Positions 9,129-23,333 of a stretch of 64,000 nt of DNA are shown here, in pieces. The stretch's first letter is position 1. Each line of letters opens with the position of its first letter. A program made the translations under genes and the position numbers. The stretch is from NCBI GenBank assembly GCA_965203905.1, contig CBDBDQ010000005.1:3232001-3296000 (forward strand). The letters are read 5' to 3'. Origin of the DNA: Spirochaetia bacterium (lineage in GTDB: Bacteria; Spirochaetota; Spirochaetia; SZUA-6; Bin103). The notes beneath the pieces are model-generated. The model was given only the letters and a program-made list of their open reading frames with translations, was not told where the DNA came from and did no database searches.

Positions 9129-9788
9129 CTACTTCGGCTGGGGGACGACGCGAATGTAGGGTAGCGGAGATTCCCACCCGTCGGGGTAGGTCTCCTTGGC
9201 CGCGTCGTCGGATACGGACGGCAGGATGATCACGTTGTCGCCCTGGTTCCAGTTGGCCGGCGTCGCCACCTGCTTGTTCGCGGTGAGCTGGCAGGAGTCG
9301 AGCAGGCGCAGGATCTCGGCGAAGTTGCGGCCGGTGCTCATCGGGTAGGTCAGCGACGCCTTGATCTTCTTGTCGGGTCCGATCACGAACACCGAGCGCG
9401 CGGTGGCGTTGTCCATCGGCGTACGCCCCTCGCAGGTCTCTCCGGCGTCAGCCGGCAGCATGTCGTACGCCTTCACGATCGACAGGTCGGGATCGCCGAT
9501 CAGCGGGTAGGTGACCGCGTGTCCCTGCGAGGCCTCGATATCCTTCGACCACGCCTGGTGGTCGCTGACGCCGTCGACGCTGATCCCGATCACCTTGCAG
9601 TTGCGCTTGGCGAACTCGCCCTGCAGGCCGGCCATGGTGCCCAGTTCGGTGGTGCACACCGGGGTGAAGTCCTTGGGGTGCGAGAACAGGATGGCCCAGC
9701 CGTCGCCGACCCAGTCGTGGAAGTTGATCCGACCCTGGGTGGTATCGGCGTCGAAATTGGGCGCCTCGTCGTTGATCCTCAGTGCCAT
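9129..9788 (-). CDS. 1-Cys peroxiredoxin (Prx6 family)
   Basis: FSHPKDFTPVCTTEL, YPMSTGRNF, TPANW. ATG at 9788 with AGGAG RBS. Confidence 0.95.
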   Translation of the reverse strand: MALRINDEAPNFDADTTQGRINFHDWVGDGWAILFSHPKDFTPVCTTELGTMAGLQGEFAKRNCKVIGISVDGVSDHQAWSKDIEASQGHAVTYPLIGDPDLSIVKAYDMLPADAGETCEGRTPMDNATARSVFVIGPDKKIKASLTYPMSTGRNFAEILRLLDSCQLTANKQVATPANWNQGDNVIILPSVSDDAAKETYPDGWESPLPYIRVVPQPK

Positions 9789-9928
9789 GTGTCGTCTCCT
9801 CGGAGCCCGGCGCACCGGGTCCTGAATGCTGACTCCAAAATGCCACGATCTCCGCTCACCGGCAAGGTACGGCTGCTTCGGGCCGGCAGGCGGCATGGGT
9901 CGGGCCGCCACTCTCCGGTGTTAGGCAG

Positions 9929-10171
9929 CTAACCGGTGAGCCGGATGCCCAGATGGTCTCGAGCGCACTCCTCGATCTGAAGCATCCTCGCCATGCTGCG
10001 GACGAGCCCTCGTTCGACCGGGTAGTTCGTGGGTTTCCCGTGTGGGCCCTTGGGTAGCTTGCGGTACGTCTTCGAGTTGTAGGTCACCCATACGTGGTGG
10101 AGCTTGGGCGAACGAGTGTGCCCGGGGGCGCACTCGTCCAGCATCTCATAAATGGAGTTGATCTTGATCAA
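9929..10171 (-). CDS. Small basic protein, possible divergent HicA-like toxin
   Basis: 80 aa with HHVWVTY..K...LPKGPHG......RGLVRSMARMLQI, which follows the HicA pattern. It lies immediately after a HicB-like gene. Confidence 0.45.
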   Translation of the reverse strand: MIKINSIYEMLDECAPGHTRSPKLHHVWVTYNSKTYRKLPKGPHGKPTNYPVERGLVRSMARMLQIEECARDHLGIRLTG

Positions 10172-10175
10172 ACGG

Positions 10176-10700
10176 TCAGGCTGCCAACAGGCTCGCTTCT
10201 GACGGAGGCGGGATCGCCATGAGGGGCTTGTGGTCTTGATTCTCCCTGGCGTCCTCCACGACCGCAAAGTCCGACCAGTCCGAAGCGTCGTACTTCCGCA
10301 GATCCGGCGCGCCCTCGTCCTGCCCCGACCTCACCCTGTCGAGGGCCTTCTTCCACGACGCCACGGTGACCTCGTCCGTTGTCTGCATGAAGTCCTCGAT
10401 GTGAGCCCTGAACTCCACCACGTTCCTGCTGGATACCATGACGTCTTCCAGGATCTTCGAGATGTCCGAGCGAATGTTGTCGTTCGCCTCAGTGAGGCTG
10501 GCGCCCTCGGCGAACAGGGACCCGGGGTAGACCCCGTCGATCGTGCACGAGTCCGTCTTGGGGTCGATGGTAGCCAGTAGCCGGCCCATCATCACCACGC
10601 AGACGTCGAAGTCCTTTCCCCGCACCTCCTCGACGTGCTTGAACAGCAACGGCCATTCCTGTCCGGGAGGATCCCACTCGGCGCGGCCCACGTTCGTCAT
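10176..10700 (-). CDS. Protein with a HicB-like (RNase H fold) segment, putative antitoxin
   Basis: GVYPGSLFAEGASLTEANDNIR resembles the HicB PG...G.T.EEA..N motif. Purine-rich RBS before ATG 10700. Confidence 0.5.
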   Translation of the reverse strand: MTNVGRAEWDPPGQEWPLLFKHVEEVRGKDFDVCVVMMGRLLATIDPKTDSCTIDGVYPGSLFAEGASLTEANDNIRSDISKILEDVMVSSRNVVEFRAHIEDFMQTTDEVTVASWKKALDRVRSGQDEGAPDLRKYDASDWSDFAVVEDARENQDHKPLMAIPPPSEASLLAA

Positions 10701-10774
10701 AGGTTCCCCTCTTCCTCTTCCGGTAGCAAGCACAGGACATGCGTGCAACCGAGTGTACCGGAGTGGTACCGACC

Positions 10775-10923
10775 CTGTGAGAACATGTCAAGATTGCGCG
10801 GCAGCAGATCCGGGGCGACACCGCGTCCCTGGTCGGACACGGCAACCGCGACATGGGCGTCCTCGCCACCGCCGCGACCCGGATGGGCGAGGATCCGGCG
10901 CGTGCCGGGCGGCGTTGGCGAAG
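10775..10923 (-). pseudogene. Histidine kinase HATPase_c fragment
   Basis: Across frameshifts reads FANAARHAP (N box) ...HVAVAVSDQGRGVAPDLLP (G1 box). Confidence 0.55.
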
Positions 10924-11004
10924 CTACGCCTATTCCGCGTTGGTGACCCGTGGCAGGGACCAACGGTTCGCGCTCTGATCGACCTCTGATCGACCAGCGT
11001 GCTG

Positions 11005-11034
11005 TTGACGCGGGTGCGTCGGGCGGGCTATGGT
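11005..11034 (+). promoter_or_regulatory. pyr operon promoter
   Basis: TTGACG, 18 bp, TATGGT, just upstream of the PyrR site. Confidence 0.55.
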
Positions 11035-11041
11035 ACAGCCA

Positions 11042-11074
11042 TCCTTTAAGCCGGTCCCGCGAGGCCGGCAAGGG
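11042..11074 (+). promoter_or_regulatory. PyrR-binding RNA element
   Basis: CCTTTAA-GCCG-GTCCCGCGAGG-CCGGC-AAGGG closely matches the PyrR consensus (CUUUAA plus ARUCCNGNGAGGYU loop), upstream of pyrR. Confidence 0.85.
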
Positions 11075-11131
11075 TGAACATTGGATACTTTTCGTACGCG
11101 CGTAGACTTGGAACATTCGAACGGCCTGGAG

Positions 11132-11205
11132 AATCTCCGGCCCGCACTGCGGCGGACCCGATGCTGTCGGTTCCGCAAGCGTTGCGGGAGGCGGAGATTT
11201 TTTTT
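11132..11205 (+). terminator. Attenuator terminator of the pyr leader
   Basis: AATCTCCG..CCCGCA...TGCGGG...CGGAGATT stem ending in a run of 8 T, before pyrR. Confidence 0.75.
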
Positions 11206-11231
11206 GCCCGCTTGGCAACACGGAGTCGACC

Positions 11232-11801
11232 ATGGCTGAGCACCGGCAGCGGCACGCCGAGCGCCGCATTCTCGATGCGGCCGACCTGGCACGCTGCCTG
11301 ACACGGCTGGCTCACGAGGTGGTGGAGCGCAACCGCAGCATCGACCAGGTGGCGTTCGTGGGCATCCGCACCCGCGGCGTGCCGCTGGCACGGCGCCTGC
11401 AGCAGTTGGTACGCGAGATTACCGGCAGCGATCCGCCGCTCGGGATTCTCGACATCAGTCTGTATCGCGACGACCTTAGTCACGTGGCCAGCTCCCCCGT
11501 GGTCGGCAGGACGGAGATCGACTTCGCCCTGGACGAGCGGGTGGTGGTGCTGGTGGACGACGTGCTCTACACCGGGCGCACCACCCGCGCCGCGCTCGAC
11601 GCGCTGGTGGAGTTCGGGCGTCCGCGCCGGATTCAACTGGCCGTGGTGGTCGACCGCGGCCATCGCGAGTACCCGATTCGGGCCGACTACGTGGGCAAGA
11701 ACGTTCCCACCAGCAGTGAGGAGATCGTCCACGTGCGGCTACGCGAGACCGACACCAGGGAGGAGGTGGTCATTGCCTACCGAAACCAGCACCAAGGTTA
11801 A
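11232..11801 (+). CDS. pyrR: Bifunctional pyr attenuation regulator/uracil phosphoribosyltransferase
   Basis: [53 protein letters not shown]. Confidence 0.97.
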   Translation: MAEHRQRHAERRILDAADLARCLTRLAHEVVERNRSIDQVAFVGIRTRGVPLARRLQQLVREITGSDPPLGILDISLYRDDLSHVASSPVVGRTEIDFALDERVVVLVDDVLYTGRTTRAALDALVEFGRPRRIQLAVVVDRGHREYPIRADYVGKNVPTSSEEIVHVRLRETDTREEVVIAYRNQHQG

Positions 11802-12891
11802 GGTGCGTTCCACTGCGGCGCCGGCCCGACCGCAAACGCAGCGGTCCCGGACCACGACTGCCGGCCCCGCCGCCCAGAGAACCGCCGCTCAGCCGGCCGC
11901 CAAGGTGGCCTGGACACGCAAGGATCTGCTGTCGCTGGAGGTGCTCAGCCGCGGCGAGATCGAGCTGCTGCTGGAGACCGCCGAGTCGTTCAAGGAGGTC
12001 TCCGCGCGCCAGGTGAAGAAGGTGCCTTCGCTGCGCGGCAAGACCATCGCCAACCTGTTCTTCGAGTCCTCCACGCGCACCCGCACCAGCTTCGAGCTGG
12101 CCGCCAAGCGCTTGTCCGCCGACACGGTCAACTTCCAGGGCTCCACCTCCAGCGTGCAGAAGGGGGAGAGCCTGGTCGACACCGCCAAGAACATAGAGGC
12201 GATGCAGGTGGACACGGTGGTGGTGCGGCATTCCTCGTCGGGAGCCGCCGAGCTGCTGGCGCGGGAGCTGGAGGCCAGCGTGGTCAACGCCGGCGACGGC
12301 ATCCACGAGCATCCCACCCAGGGGCTGCTGGACATCTTCACGATCCGCGAGCACCAGGAGCTGGAGGGCCTGCACGTGTGCCTGGTGGGCGACATCCTGC
12401 ATTCGCGGGTGGCGCGCTCCAACCTGTGGGGCCTGCGCAAGCTGGGCGCCCGCGTGACCGTGTGCGGGCCGCCGAGCCTGATCCCGCACGGCATCGAGGA
12501 GCTGGGCGCGGAGGTGTCCTACGACCTGGACGAGGTGATCGAGGAGGCCGACGTCCTCAACCTGCTGCGGATTCAGTTCGAGCGCCAGCGCGGGGCGTTC
12601 TTTCCGTCGGTGCGCGAGTACGCGGTGGAGTACGGCCTGTCGCGGGACCGCCTGCGGCGCGCCAAGGAAGGGCTGCTGGTGCTGCACCCGGGGCCGATAA
12701 ACCGCGGCGTGGAAGTGGCGGCGGAGGTGGCGGACGGTCCCCATTCGCTGATCCTGGACCAGGTGACCAATGGCGTGGCGGTGCGCATGGCGGTGTTGTT
12801 CCACACCACACTGACCCGCGAGGAAGAGGATACGCGGCCACCCGAAGCGGCGCGCGGCCGGCGTGCCGGCGGAGCTCGTGAAGATGGCTGA
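11773..12891 (+). CDS. pyrB: Aspartate carbamoyltransferase catalytic subunit
   Basis: [39 protein letters not shown]. The start codon is uncertain (TTG 11773 after AGGAGG). Confidence 0.96.
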   Translation: MPTETSTKVKVRSTAAPARPQTQRSRTTTAGPAAQRTAAQPAAKVAWTRKDLLSLEVLSRGEIELLLETAESFKEVSARQVKKVPSLRGKTIANLFFESSTRTRTSFELAAKRLSADTVNFQGSTSSVQKGESLVDTAKNIEAMQVDTVVVRHSSSGAAELLARELEASVVNAGDGIHEHPTQGLLDIFTIREHQELEGLHVCLVGDILHSRVARSNLWGLRKLGARVTVCGPPSLIPHGIEELGAEVSYDLDEVIEEADVLNLLRIQFERQRGAFFPSVREYAVEYGLSRDRLRRAKEGLLVLHPGPINRGVEVAAEVADGPHSLILDQVTNGVAVRMAVLFHTTLTREEEDTRPPEAARGRRAGGAREDG

Positions 12892-14254
12892 CTCCGGTCC
12901 CGGGTCCGGCACGGCGCCGGTGCTGGTGCGCGGCGGCCGGCTGGTGGATCCGGTCCAGGGGGTGGACGAGACGCTCGACCTGCTGGTGCAGGGCGGCCGC
13001 GTGCGGCAGATCGGGAGCGATCTGGGTGCCGCCAATGGCAGCGCCGCGCCGGAGGTGATCGATGCCCGCGGCAAGCTGGTGCTGCCCGGTCTGATCGACA
13101 TCCACGTCCACCTGCGGCAGCCGGGCTTCGAGTACAAGGAGACGATCGAGAGCGGACTGCGCGCCGCCCTGGCCGGGGGCTTTACCGGCGTCTGCCCGAT
13201 GCCGAACACCAACCCGGTGTCCGACACCCGCGCCGACATGGAGTTCCTGCGGCGCGAGGCGCGGCGGCTCGACTTGATCAACCTGTGGCCGGTGGGCGCG
13301 GTCACCGTGCGCCAGGAGGGAGCCAAGCTGACCGAGTTCGGCGAGCTGCGCAACGGCGGCGCGGTGGCGCTGTCCGACGACGGCAACCCGATCGTGTCGT
13401 CGGCGATCATGCGCCGCGCCCTGGAGTACGCCAGGAAGTTCGACCTGCCGCTGCTGCTGCACGAGGAGGATCCCGAGCTGTCGCAGGGCGGTGCGCTGAA
13501 CGAGGGCGTGGTGGCTACCCGCCTGGGACTGATCGGCAGTCCGTGCCAGGCGGAGTCGGGGATGGTGGCGCGCGACCTCGAGATCGTCGCGCTGGCCGGC
13601 GGCCGGGTCCACTTCCAGCACATCTCCTGCGGGCGCTCGGTGGAGCTGATCCGGCAGGCGCGGGCGGCCGGCATCGACGTATCCGCCGAAACCTGTCCCC
13701 ACTACCTGATTCTCACCGAGGACGCGGTGCTGCGCTACAACACCCACGCCAAGATGTACCCGCCGCTGCGCACCGCCGCCGACGTGGCCGCCGTACGCGC
13801 CGGCTTGGCGGACTGCACCATCGACATCGTCGGCAGCGACCACGCGCCCCACGCCGACTATGAGAAGGCGGTGGAGTTCGACCATGCCCCCAACGGCATT
13901 TCCGGGGTGGAGACCATGCTGCCGCTGATGCTGGCGCTGGTGCGGGAAGGGCTGATCGACCTGGAACGGCTGGTGCGGCTGCTGGCGGTGAATCCGGCGC
14001 GCCTGATCGGCGTCGAGCGTGGCAGCCTGCGGGTCGGGGCGGTGGCCGACGTGACCGTGGTCGACCCGGAGGCGGTCTGGGTGTACGACGCGGCGACCGC
14101 CCAGTCGAAGTCGCGCAACTCGCCGTTCTGGGGCCAGACCATGACCGGCCGCGCCAGCGACTGCCTGGTGGGCGGGAAGGTCCGCCTGCGCGACTGCCGC
14201 GTCCTGCAGCCGGACCCGGCGCACGCCGCTGCGGGCGTGGAGGAGCTGGCGTGA
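12884..14254 (+). CDS. pyrC: Dihydroorotase
   Basis: [33 protein letters not shown]. Confidence 0.96.
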   Translation: MADSGPGSGTAPVLVRGGRLVDPVQGVDETLDLLVQGGRVRQIGSDLGAANGSAAPEVIDARGKLVLPGLIDIHVHLRQPGFEYKETIESGLRAALAGGFTGVCPMPNTNPVSDTRADMEFLRREARRLDLINLWPVGAVTVRQEGAKLTEFGELRNGGAVALSDDGNPIVSSAIMRRALEYARKFDLPLLLHEEDPELSQGGALNEGVVATRLGLIGSPCQAESGMVARDLEIVALAGGRVHFQHISCGRSVELIRQARAAGIDVSAETCPHYLILTEDAVLRYNTHAKMYPPLRTAADVAAVRAGLADCTIDIVGSDHAPHADYEKAVEFDHAPNGISGVETMLPLMLALVREGLIDLERLVRLLAVNPARLIGVERGSLRVGAVADVTVVDPEAVWVYDAATAQSKSRNSPFWGQTMTGRASDCLVGGKVRLRDCRVLQPDPAHAAAGVEELA

Positions 14255-15627
14255 ACGACAAGCCCGCACTGCTGGCGCTGGAGGATGGAGCCGTGTTCCC
14301 GGGACGAGCGGTGGGAGCGGACGGCGAGGTCTCCGGGGAGGTGGTGTTCAACACCGCCATGACCGGCTACCAGGAGATCCTCACCGATCCGTCCTACGCC
14401 GGACAGCTCGTCTGCCTGACCTATCCGTTGATCGGCAACTACGGCGTCAACGAAGACGACCCCGAGTCGCGGCAGCCGTGGACCCGCGGCCTGATCGTGC
14501 GCGAGCTGGCCGCCCGCCATTCCAACTGGCGCGCCACCGGCGACCTGGGCAGCTACCTGAAGCGCCACGGGATCGTCGGCATCGACGAGGTCGACACCCG
14601 CGTCAGTACCACCCGGAGGCCGCCCCCTCACCCGCCACCTGCGGCTGCACGGCGCCAAGACCGGGGTGATCTCCACCACCGACCTCGCCCCCGCGTCCCT
14701 GATCGCCAAAGCGCGGCAGGCGCCGAAGCTGGGCGAGCTCGACCTGGTGCGGGAGGTGGCGCCCGGCGCCATCGCCCCGCTGCGGCTGGCCGCGGACTCC
14801 TACGACGTGCTGGCCGACCAGCTCCCGGCGCAGGCGCATGCGGGACGCGGCAAGGCCGACCCGGTTGCAGCAGCCGCGACGGTCGGCGCCGCCACCGGCA
14901 GCGGCGCCGCGACGGCGGTCGTGGCAATCTGCTCCCAGAGAACCGTGATGTGGGGCCTTTAGAATGTTCGAAACGGGATGGTCATACGCGGCGTAAAGAT
15001 CGCGGACCCACCGGAGGCCGGCGCGCATCACGTGGTGGCGATCGACGCCGGCGCCAAGCACCACATCATGCGCCACCTGCGGCGGCGCGGCTGCCGCGTC
15101 ACCGTGGCGGCCCCGGGCCACGAACCTGCCTGACGGCAGTCGCGGATAAGCTTTGCCTCCGCCGCCGAGATCGCGGCCCTGCAGCCGGACGGGCTGTTTC
15201 TCTCCAACGGTCCCGGCGACCCGGAGCAGGCGCCCTACCTGGCGGACACCGTGCGCGAGCTGCTCGACGCCCACCGCGAGCTGCCGGTATTCGGCATCTG
15301 CCTGGGCCTCCAGATCATGAGCCTGGCCCTGGGAGCCAACATCTACAAGCTCAAGTTCGGCCATCACGGCGCCAACCACCCGGTGCGCGAGGAGCGCAGC
15401 GGCGTGATCTCGATCACCAGCCAGAACCACGGCTACGCGGTGGATGCCGAATCGCTGCCCGCGGACCTGCACGTCACCCACGTCAACCTCAACGACGGCA
15501 CCATCGAGGGACTGGAGCACCGCAGCCGTCCGGTGTTCGCGATCCAGTACCACCCGGAGGCCGCCCCCGGCCCCCACGAACGACGCCCAGTACCTGTTCG
15601 ACCGCTTCGTCACCGCCATGGAGCAAC

Positions 15628-15635
<8 letters not shown>
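14251..15635 (+). pseudogene. carA: Carbamoyl-phosphate synthase small subunit, disrupted
   Basis: [34 protein letters not shown] and QYHPEA are present. Lesions: frameshifting insertion at ~14603-14625, in-frame stops at 14960 and 15131, and a 4-nt duplication at ~15578. Confidence 0.85.
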
Positions 15636-18842
<3,207 letters not shown>

Positions 18843-18864
<22 letters not shown>

Positions 18865-19685
18865 CCGAGCGCACCGCGGCCGCACCGGTCCAGGAGCGCT
18901 GCCGGGTGCTCGGCAACCGCGTGGTGGCGCCGGAGCACAACCTGCTGACCGTGGCCACACGCGACATCGGGCGGCGCGCACAGGCGGGCCAGTTCGCCCA
19001 GGTCCGGATCCCCGGCGACGTGGTGTTTCTGCCGCGGCCGTTCAGCTTCCTGGCCGCCGGGGATGACCGCTGCGCCTTCCTGTCGCGGGCGATCGGGCCC
19101 GGCACGCGCGCGCTCGCGGGCCTGGTGGAAGGCACGGAGCTGGAGCTGCTCGGGCCGCTGGGGCGAGGCTTCGATCTGGCCGCGGCCGCTGCCGGTGAGG
19201 TGATCCTGGTAGGCGGCGGCGTAGGGGTGCCGCCGCTGGTGCACGCCGCGGCGGAGCTGGCCCCGCTGACCGGCACGGCGTTGATTGGCGCCGCCCGCGG
19301 CGAGTTCCTGCTCTGTGAGGAGGAGTTCGCGGCCCTCGGCTGGCGCGTGCGGGTGGCCACCGACGACGGCTCGCGCGGCCACCACGGCTTCGTGACCGAG
19401 TTGCTGGAGCGAGCGCTCGCGGCCGCACCCGGGCGGGCGGCGGCGCCCACGACCGTGCTGGCATGCGGCCCCCATCCCATGCTGCACCGCTGCGCCGAGC
19501 TGGCCGCCGCGAGCGGCGCCGCCTGCCAGGTGGCCCTGGAAGAACCGATGGCCTGCGGCTTCGGCGTCTGCCTGGGCTGCGCCATCCGCGTCCACTCCCG
19601 CAACCCCGACGATCCCCCCGGCCCCGCGTACGCCCTGGTCTGCCGCGACGGCCCCGTGTTCCCCGCCGAACAGGTCCTGTGGTAG
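18843..19685 (+). CDS. pyrK: Dihydroorotate dehydrogenase electron transfer subunit
   Basis: [40 protein letters not shown] 2Fe-2S motif. Start uncertain. Confidence 0.92.
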
Positions 19686-20641
19686 CTCGCGAGTCGTCAC
19701 TTGCGGTCGGCCTGGGTCCGTTGCTGTTGCCCAATCCAGTGCTGGTGGCATCGGGGACGTTCGGGTACGCCAGCGAATTGGCGGAACTGGTGGATCTGGC
19801 ACGGCTGGGCGGGATCGTGACCAAGACGGTGACCGTGAGACCGCGGCCGGGCAACCCGCCGCCTCGCATCGTGGAGACGCCGTCGGGGATGCTCAACGCC
19901 ATTGGCCTGCAGAACGTGGGTGTCGAGCGGTTCGTGACCGAAAAGCTGCCCTACTTGGCGGAGCTTGATCCGGTGGTGCTGGTGTCGATCATGGGCTACA
20001 CGACCGGCGAATTCGTGGCCCTGGCCGAGCGGCTGGACGGCCTGCCCGGGGTGGGTGGGCTGGAGCTGAACCTGTCCTGTCCCAACGTCGCCTACAGCGC
20101 CGGCGGCGGGGCGAGAATGTTCGCCCACGATCCGGATCTCACCGCCGAAGTGGTGCGTGAGGTGCGTGCGGTTACCGGCCTGCCGGTGGTAGCAAAGCTG
20201 GGACCGGACGTGGCGGACATCGGCGCCATCGGCCAGGCCGCAGAGGCCGCCGGAGCGGATGCGCTGGCGGTGATGAACACCATTCCCGGCATGGTGATCG
20301 ACCTGGAGCGGCGGCGGCCGGTGCTGGCCAACGTGACCGGAGGCCTGTCGGGACCCGCAATCCGGCCGCTGGCGGTGCGGCTCACCTATCAGTTGGTGAG
20401 TGCCGTGAACATCCCGGTGGTGGGCATAGGCGGGATCATGGATTACCGCGATGCGCTGCAGTTCCTGCTGGCCGGGGCGTGCGCGGTGCAGGTCGGCACC
20501 GCCACCTTCACCAACCCGCGCGCCGCGCTCGACGTGCTGGAGGGCCTGGAGCGCTACCTCGACGAAGCCGGCGTGGAGCGGCTCGGCGATCTGATCGGGG
20601 CGGCGCAACCCTCGGCCGCAAAGGAGCAACCTGATGAATAG
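19679..20641 (+). CDS. pyrD: Dihydroorotate dehydrogenase (class 1B)
   Basis: ASGTFGY, GMLNAIGLQN, ELNLSCPN, GGLSGPAIRP. Confidence 0.95.
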   Translation: MVARESSLAVGLGPLLLPNPVLVASGTFGYASELAELVDLARLGGIVTKTVTVRPRPGNPPPRIVETPSGMLNAIGLQNVGVERFVTEKLPYLAELDPVVLVSIMGYTTGEFVALAERLDGLPGVGGLELNLSCPNVAYSAGGGARMFAHDPDLTAEVVREVRAVTGLPVVAKLGPDVADIGAIGQAAEAAGADALAVMNTIPGMVIDLERRRPVLANVTGGLSGPAIRPLAVRLTYQLVSAVNIPVVGIGGIMDYRDALQFLLAGACAVQVGTATFTNPRAALDVLEGLERYLDEAGVERLGDLIGAAQPSAAKEQPDE

Positions 20642-21440
20642 AGGCATCGACGCACCACCCGGCGCGGCGACCGCACCCGGGCCAGAACCGGCCCACCTTT
20701 CGCCGCCGCCATCTCCCGAGTGGCTGATCGTCGGCCTCGACGTACCGGACCTGGAACGGGCGCGGCCGTTGGTGCGGGCGCTCGCCGGCCGCGTCGGGGC
20801 GCTCAAGATCGGGCCGGTGCTGTATACCCGCGTCGGGCCGGCAGCCATCGAACTGGTGCACGAGCACGGCGGCCGGGTGTTCCTTGATCTGAAGTGGCAC
20901 GACATTCCCAACACCGTGGCCGCTGCCTGCAGCGAAGCGGCGGCGCAGGGCGTGTGGATGGTGAACGTGCACGCGGCCGGCGGCGAACGCATGCTGGCCG
21001 CCGCACGCGAGGCCCTGGATCAGGCCCGGCAGCCCGGCACCGCGCGCCCCCTGCTCATCGCCGTTACGGTGCTCACCAGCCTCGACGAAACCGATCTCCC
21101 CGCCACCGGCGTCACCGACTCGGTCGCGGGGCAAGTGGATCGTCTGGCCGCCCTGGCGGAGCGCGGCGGAGCCGACGGCCTGGTCACCTCCGGCCACGAG
21201 GTAGCCGCGCTCCACGCCCGCTGGCCGCAGTTCAACCTGGTAGTGCCAGGCATACGCCCCCGCTGGCTGACTGCCGGCAGATCGGCTCCCCCGGCCGACG
21301 ACCAACGTCGCATCGCCACCCCTGCCGCCACGCTGGCGGCCGGCGCCAGCCACGTCGTCATCGCCCGACCCATCATCACCCATTCCGACCCCGCGCACGC
21401 CGTCCGCCTCACCGAGCGGGAAGTCGCCACCGCAGTCTGA
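20634..21440 (+). CDS. pyrF: Orotidine-5'-phosphate decarboxylase
   Basis: VFLDLKWHDIPNTV, AVTVLTS, VPGIRP, DDQRRIATP. Confidence 0.96.
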   Translation: MNRGIDAPPGAATAPGPEPAHLSPPPSPEWLIVGLDVPDLERARPLVRALAGRVGALKIGPVLYTRVGPAAIELVHEHGGRVFLDLKWHDIPNTVAAACSEAAAQGVWMVNVHAAGGERMLAAAREALDQARQPGTARPLLIAVTVLTSLDETDLPATGVTDSVAGQVDRLAALAERGGADGLVTSGHEVAALHARWPQFNLVVPGIRPRWLTAGRSAPPADDQRRIATPAATLAAGASHVVIARPIITHSDPAHAVRLTEREVATAV

Positions 21441-21583
21441 ACCTCTCGCAGCATGCGGAGAGCCGGTGCGATTTGCGCGCGGCGTGTCGCCACCGACGCT
21501 GACCTCGTTCGAGCGGAGGCCAGGGGGAAGTGCTATACTGAGCCGCCAACGTCTCGACACGTCGGCGTACCTGGGACAGACGG

Positions 21584-22729
21584 ATGATCGTTAGCCACAT
21601 CGCCCTCGAGAACTGGAGGAACTTCACACACGTCGACGTGGCGCTGCAGCAGCGCGTATTCATCGCCGGACCGAACGCGGCGGGAAAATCCAACCTGCTC
21701 GATGCATTTCGCTTTCTGCGCGACATCACGAACCCCGGGGGCGGTCTGGAGAAAGCCGTGGCCGACCGCGGAGGCGTTTCGAAGATCCGCTGCCTTGCGG
21801 CGCGCCGGTATCCGGCGATCGTGCTTGACGTGCAACTAGGCGAGCCAGCTAGCGCGCCGGAATGGCGGTACCGTTTGAGTGTCGTTCAAGACAATCAACG
21901 GCAGCCAAGGATCAAGGAGGAGCTTGTCGAGCGGGAGGGTGACGAGGTGCTCCGGCGGCCAGATCCCGACGACGAGAACGATGCAGAGCGCCTGCGGCAG
22001 ACGCATCTGGAAGGCATCAGTACGAACAAGGCTTTCCGCGACATCTACCGGTTTTTCAATTCTATACGGTATCTGCACGTATTGCCGCCACTGGTGCGCC
22101 AGCCGGAGCGTTTCACCGGCCGAGACTTGACCGGAGAGACGTTCGGAAGTGATTTCCTGGAACAGATCGCACGCAGCCCCCCGAAGATTCGGCAATCGCG
22201 GTTACGGCGAATTGAGCAGGCGCTCCGCATCGCCGTGCCACAATTGCGGGAACTGAAGCTGGAAAAGGACGAGATCGGAATCCCACACCTGGAAGGACGC
22301 TATGTGCATTGGCGGCCAAATGCGGGCTGGCAGCGAGAGGATCAGTTCTCGGACGGCACACTGCGGCTCATGGCGCTCTTGTGGTCGGTGATGGAAGGAT
22401 CCGGTCCTCTGATGATCGAGGAGCCGGAACTGAACCTGCATCCAGCAGTGATCAAGTTCATCCCGCAGATGCTTCACCAGGCCACGCGAAGGTCGAAGCG
22501 CCAAGTGATCGTTTCCACGCACTCGCCTGATTTCCTCGTTGATGAAGGGATCGCGTCCGACGAGACGCTGCTGCTGCGCCCTGACAGCAACGGCACACGA
22601 GTGGAAGTGGCCGCCGCAGATCCGGAGATCAGACTTTTGCTGGAAGCAGGCGTATCGATGGGCGAAGCCGTGCTCCCGCGCACGGCACCCAAGGGCGAAG
22701 AACAACTTGCGCTGATGTTTGGGGACTGA
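21584..22729 (+). CDS. AAA_21/AbiEii-like ABC-type ATPase
   Basis: LENWRNF, GPNAAGKSN (Walker A), FSDGTLR signature, IEEPELNLHP, STHSP. Confidence 0.88.
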   Translation: MIVSHIALENWRNFTHVDVALQQRVFIAGPNAAGKSNLLDAFRFLRDITNPGGGLEKAVADRGGVSKIRCLAARRYPAIVLDVQLGEPASAPEWRYRLSVVQDNQRQPRIKEELVEREGDEVLRRPDPDDENDAERLRQTHLEGISTNKAFRDIYRFFNSIRYLHVLPPLVRQPERFTGRDLTGETFGSDFLEQIARSPPKIRQSRLRRIEQALRIAVPQLRELKLEKDEIGIPHLEGRYVHWRPNAGWQREDQFSDGTLRLMALLWSVMEGSGPLMIEEPELNLHPAVIKFIPQMLHQATRRSKRQVIVSTHSPDFLVDEGIASDETLLLRPDSNGTRVEVAAADPEIRLLLEAGVSMGEAVLPRTAPKGEEQLALMFGD

Positions 22730-22732
22730 GTC

Positions 22733-23326
22733 GTGCGGGTGGTCTCCGTGGCGACTGAGGGTGCTGTCGATACGGCTCTCGCCCGCCGAATCTGCAAAGA
22801 GGTCGGGCTTGAGGTTGTAACGGTATATGGAGAGCGCGGTAAGCACCGGTTGGACCAGTCGTTGGGCGGCTACAACGCGGCCGCTAGACACGGGTCGTGG
22901 TTCGTGCTGCGGGATCTGGACACGGACGCGGACTGCGCTCCGCAACTTCGCGAACGACTACTGGCAACGCCTTCGCGGGGGATGACATTCCGTGTCGCCG
23001 TGCACGAAATTGAATCTTGGTTGATCGCCGATCACCGCTCGTTTGCTCGCTACTTTTCGGTCTCCGCGGCGCTCGTCACCAGTGATCCGGAGTCAATTCG
23101 TCATCCAAAAGACCACTTGGTGAGCGTCGTACGCCGCTCGAGGTCCAGGAGAATGCGCGAAGATGTCGTTCCACGCGATCGCACCAAAGCTCGCATCGGA
23201 CCCGGTTACGCGAGCAGGTTGATCGAGTACATTCGGAGCGCGCGGTCGCCAACGGCAGCAAGCACTCGGAGCGATAGCTTGCGGCGGTGTCTCGACAGGC
23301 TGTCGTGGATCTCCCCGCTTCGATGA
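22733..23326 (+). CDS. DUF4276-like TOPRIM-fold protein, partner of the ATPase
   Basis: ATEGAVD, LRDLDTD, VAVHEIESWLIAD, HPKD. Confidence 0.72.
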   Translation: MRVVSVATEGAVDTALARRICKEVGLEVVTVYGERGKHRLDQSLGGYNAAARHGSWFVLRDLDTDADCAPQLRERLLATPSRGMTFRVAVHEIESWLIADHRSFARYFSVSAALVTSDPESIRHPKDHLVSVVRRSRSRRMREDVVPRDRTKARIGPGYASRLIEYIRSARSPTAASTRSDSLRRCLDRLSWISPLR

Positions 23327-23333
23327 TGTTGGC

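Noticed and set aside
11770-14269. Long antisense ORFs over pyrBC, and similar ones over ilvB, leuS, polA and dnaE2
   Set aside because: These are shadow ORFs expected from high-GC codon bias, with no recognisable domains.
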